DNA of 61,598 bases, counting the filler. It is 5 parts of 5 records of this genome, joined end to end, with 100 filler letters (N's around TTAATTAATTAA, not from the genome) between each part and the next. Parts side by side here need not be neighbours in the genome. Positions count along the whole stretch, not along the records: positions 52,953 to 61,598 come from DRR378314_37; 4 more parts are not named here. One strand, 5' to 3'. Position 1 is the first letter of the stretch. Every line of letters starts with the position of its first letter. This document shows positions 59,548 through 61,598 of the stretch, piece by piece. A program made the translations under genes and the position numbers. The notes beneath the pieces were generated by a model. That model did no database searches, was not told where the DNA came from, and worked only from the letters and a program-made list of their open reading frames with translations.

Positions 59548-61257
59548 TTAGTTCAATTCCAGCGAGAAGCTCATTTCAACGCCTGCATCATCCACTCTGA
59601 ACCAGTACTCCATGTTCTTGTAGATATCGCTGTATTGCCTGAGCAGATCAACATCAAACTCTGCCATTTCATCGGAAGGCATTTGCGCTATGACATCGGC
59701 CAGCGAATCGTAGAACTCACCTGTCAGATGGCCATGAACCAGTAGGTCCCGCTCGGAAACAGAGGCTTGCAGTTCTTCCTGTAGTGTTTCGGAATCGCTA
59801 ATGCCAACGCCCAAGGTAATGACGTTTTCAGACATAGCCGCGTAGAGCTTTGGTGAGTCTGGTGGCAGCATCATGCTGTCAATTTTTTTGGCTTCTCCAC
59901 CGGGTTCAAGTCCAAGTATCCCTAAATCAGGCACGAACGCGCTTGCTGTAGACAGCAGGGCAAGCGGATTTTGCGAAGCGAGGGTCAAAAGGCCGGTACC
60001 GGCGGGCTCGCCCTGTTTCATTGTCAGGTTGTTAAGGCGTGCTCTGAAACCAGACAAGGATGGGCCAACCATCATGGCGATGGGATTATTGATCGCTTTA
60101 TTAAGCTCATTCCAGCTGCTGTTTAACTCCTGTAGCTCAGCACAGCTAAAGGGGTTTTGACGCACTTCCTGGGCATACTTCTGAACAGTTTGCATCAGTA
60201 CAGGTAGATTCAGGCCTAGCCCAAAGCTGGCCATGCCCTCTGTGCTACCAAGGCCCGGAACCTGAGCGGTCATTGCACGGAGATCGCTGACAATAGCTTC
60301 ATCGGTTTCCAGTATGAGATTCATCTCCATACGGTCGAGGTTATACTCACGCATGCCCATTACAAGACCGGGGAAGCGGTTGGTGATGCGGTCAATATCT
60401 GCTTGGCAGGCGGAGAGATCCAGCCGCTCTGCATCAGCCGCGTCCAATAGTGCTTGAGTACCTAAGTGTGTGGGTGTACTCAGCTCACTAAGCAGGCGTG
60501 ATGAGTCGATTTCCCCGGCACCATAGGGCGTGAAGCCATGACGCTGTTCAATTTCCTCTAGAGCGCCGGTATCACCAATGTTGCTGTCAGGCAGGCTGTT
60601 ACCCAGCACCTGCGATAGCAACTCATCACTAACATTTTCTGGCACCACAGACATCAACAGCTGCTTATCGATAATGGCCATGATGGCTTTAATCGGACCA
60701 TCTTGTGTTAGCACCCAGTACTCTTTTCCATCTGTTGTGGCCGTACTCGGGTTGATATCTGCATTGGTGAGGATGCGCTGCAGCGTTTCGCGGAAAGCGT
60801 CTTCATCCTGCAATTCCATACGCAGAGTGGGCAAGATACCCAGTCCGTATAAAGCGACCTGGGGGCTCATTTTAAAGCCCAGTGCATGGATATCATCGAG
60901 TGTTTCAACCCCGACAAACTCTTCACCCATCGCGATCAACAGTGACATCAGCGAATGCAACACGTCATCGTCAATTTCGTGCAGCATGTCGCGCAGTTCG
61001 TCTAAGTCAGCTTCAAGGCTATCCTTTGGCTGCATGCGCTGGTAAAGAGCAAAGGCATCTTGTTCAGGCATTGATTCCCGTGTTGCCACAAAATAGGGAG
61101 AGTCGGCGGGGATATATTTCAACAGGGAAGCTGAGAGGTTTTTTGGTGCTTCCTGCTGGGTGTCTGTTGCTGTTGGCGCGCTATCATCGCTGCAGCCACT
61201 CAGTACGCCCGTGCTGAGAAGAGCAAGAGAAATAGCCAAGGATAGTTTCGTTCTCAT
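59548..61257 (-). CDS. Uncharacterised acidic lipoprotein, 569 aa
   Basis: Lipobox VLSG-C after a signal peptide; LLKYIPADSPYF N-terminal motif; GGA RBS. Confidence 0.8.
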   Translation of the reverse strand: MRTKLSLAISLALLSTGVLSGCSDDSAPTATDTQQEAPKNLSASLLKYIPADSPYFVATRESMPEQDAFALYQRMQPKDSLEADLDELRDMLHEIDDDVLHSLMSLLIAMGEEFVGVETLDDIHALGFKMSPQVALYGLGILPTLRMELQDEDAFRETLQRILTNADINPSTATTDGKEYWVLTQDGPIKAIMAIIDKQLLMSVVPENVSDELLSQVLGNSLPDSNIGDTGALEEIEQRHGFTPYGAGEIDSSRLLSELSTPTHLGTQALLDAADAERLDLSACQADIDRITNRFPGLVMGMREYNLDRMEMNLILETDEAIVSDLRAMTAQVPGLGSTEGMASFGLGLNLPVLMQTVQKYAQEVRQNPFSCAELQELNSSWNELNKAINNPIAMMVGPSLSGFRARLNNLTMKQGEPAGTGLLTLASQNPLALLSTASAFVPDLGILGLEPGGEAKKIDSMMLPPDSPKLYAAMSENVITLGVGISDSETLQEELQASVSERDLLVHGHLTGEFYDSLADVIAQMPSDEMAEFDVDLLRQYSDIYKNMEYWFRVDDAGVEMSFSLELN

Positions 61258-61317
61258 CTAGAGTCAGTCCTTTGAAAAATGTTAGCTTTAAATTGAACAT
61301 TTGGAAGAAAATTAACT

Positions 61318-61336
61318 ATGAATGATAATCATACAC
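61318..61336. promoter_or_regulatory. Possible Fur box upstream of the lipoprotein
   Basis: AATGATAATCAT core; 13/19 match to GATAATGATAATCATTATC. Confidence 0.4.
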
Positions 61337-61366
61337 AACTTAAATTAAACTAACCTCTCCTTGCTT

Positions 61367-61406
61367 AAAAAAATGGCCCTTGAGGTCGTGTAAGACCCAA
61401 GAGCCA
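61367..61406 (-). terminator. Rho-independent terminator after thiC
   Basis: Minus strand TGGCTCTTGGGTC-TTACAC-GACCTCAAGGGCCA followed by T7 (one bulge). Confidence 0.7.
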
Positions 61407-61438
61407 CTCGTTATTAGCGAAACTTACAGGCTGCTATT

Positions 61439-61598
<160 letters not shown>

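Overview
The window is not one locus. It is five contigs joined by artificial 100-bp spacers (N44-TTAATTAATTAA-N44 at 20167-20266, 31293-31392, 41830-41929, 52853-52952). Contigs 1 (1-20166), 2 (20267-31292) and 4 (41930-52852) come from a GC-rich, intron-rich microbial eukaryote with GT-AG introns, often with GTACGT donors. They carry a TAP26/Fyv7-like gene, a 7-exon gamma-glutamyl hydrolase with an extra six-Cys C-terminal module, a WDR7/rabconnectin-3beta-like gene, a tetraspanin, a two-dsRBD protein, a CLASP/TOG coiled-coil protein, a Kelch protein and a double-domain cathepsin Z. Contig 3 (31393-41829) is a Pseudoalteromonas-like core region: mlaFEDCB-ibaG-murA, degS, degQ, yhcB, zapE, rplM-rpsI. 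Contig 5 (52953-61598) is Halomonas-like: EamA, OM beta-barrel, HlyD-DUF2955, CsbD, DASS transporter, lipoprotein and the thiC 3' end. The standout is a circularly permuted tRNA-Trp(CCA) gene at 48092-48166. Its 3' half precedes its 5' half, the break is at position 37/38, the spacer is 3 nt, leader and trailer form a BHB-like helix, and a Pol III T8 terminator follows. Taxonomic and family calls come from motif recognition by eye, not database searches.
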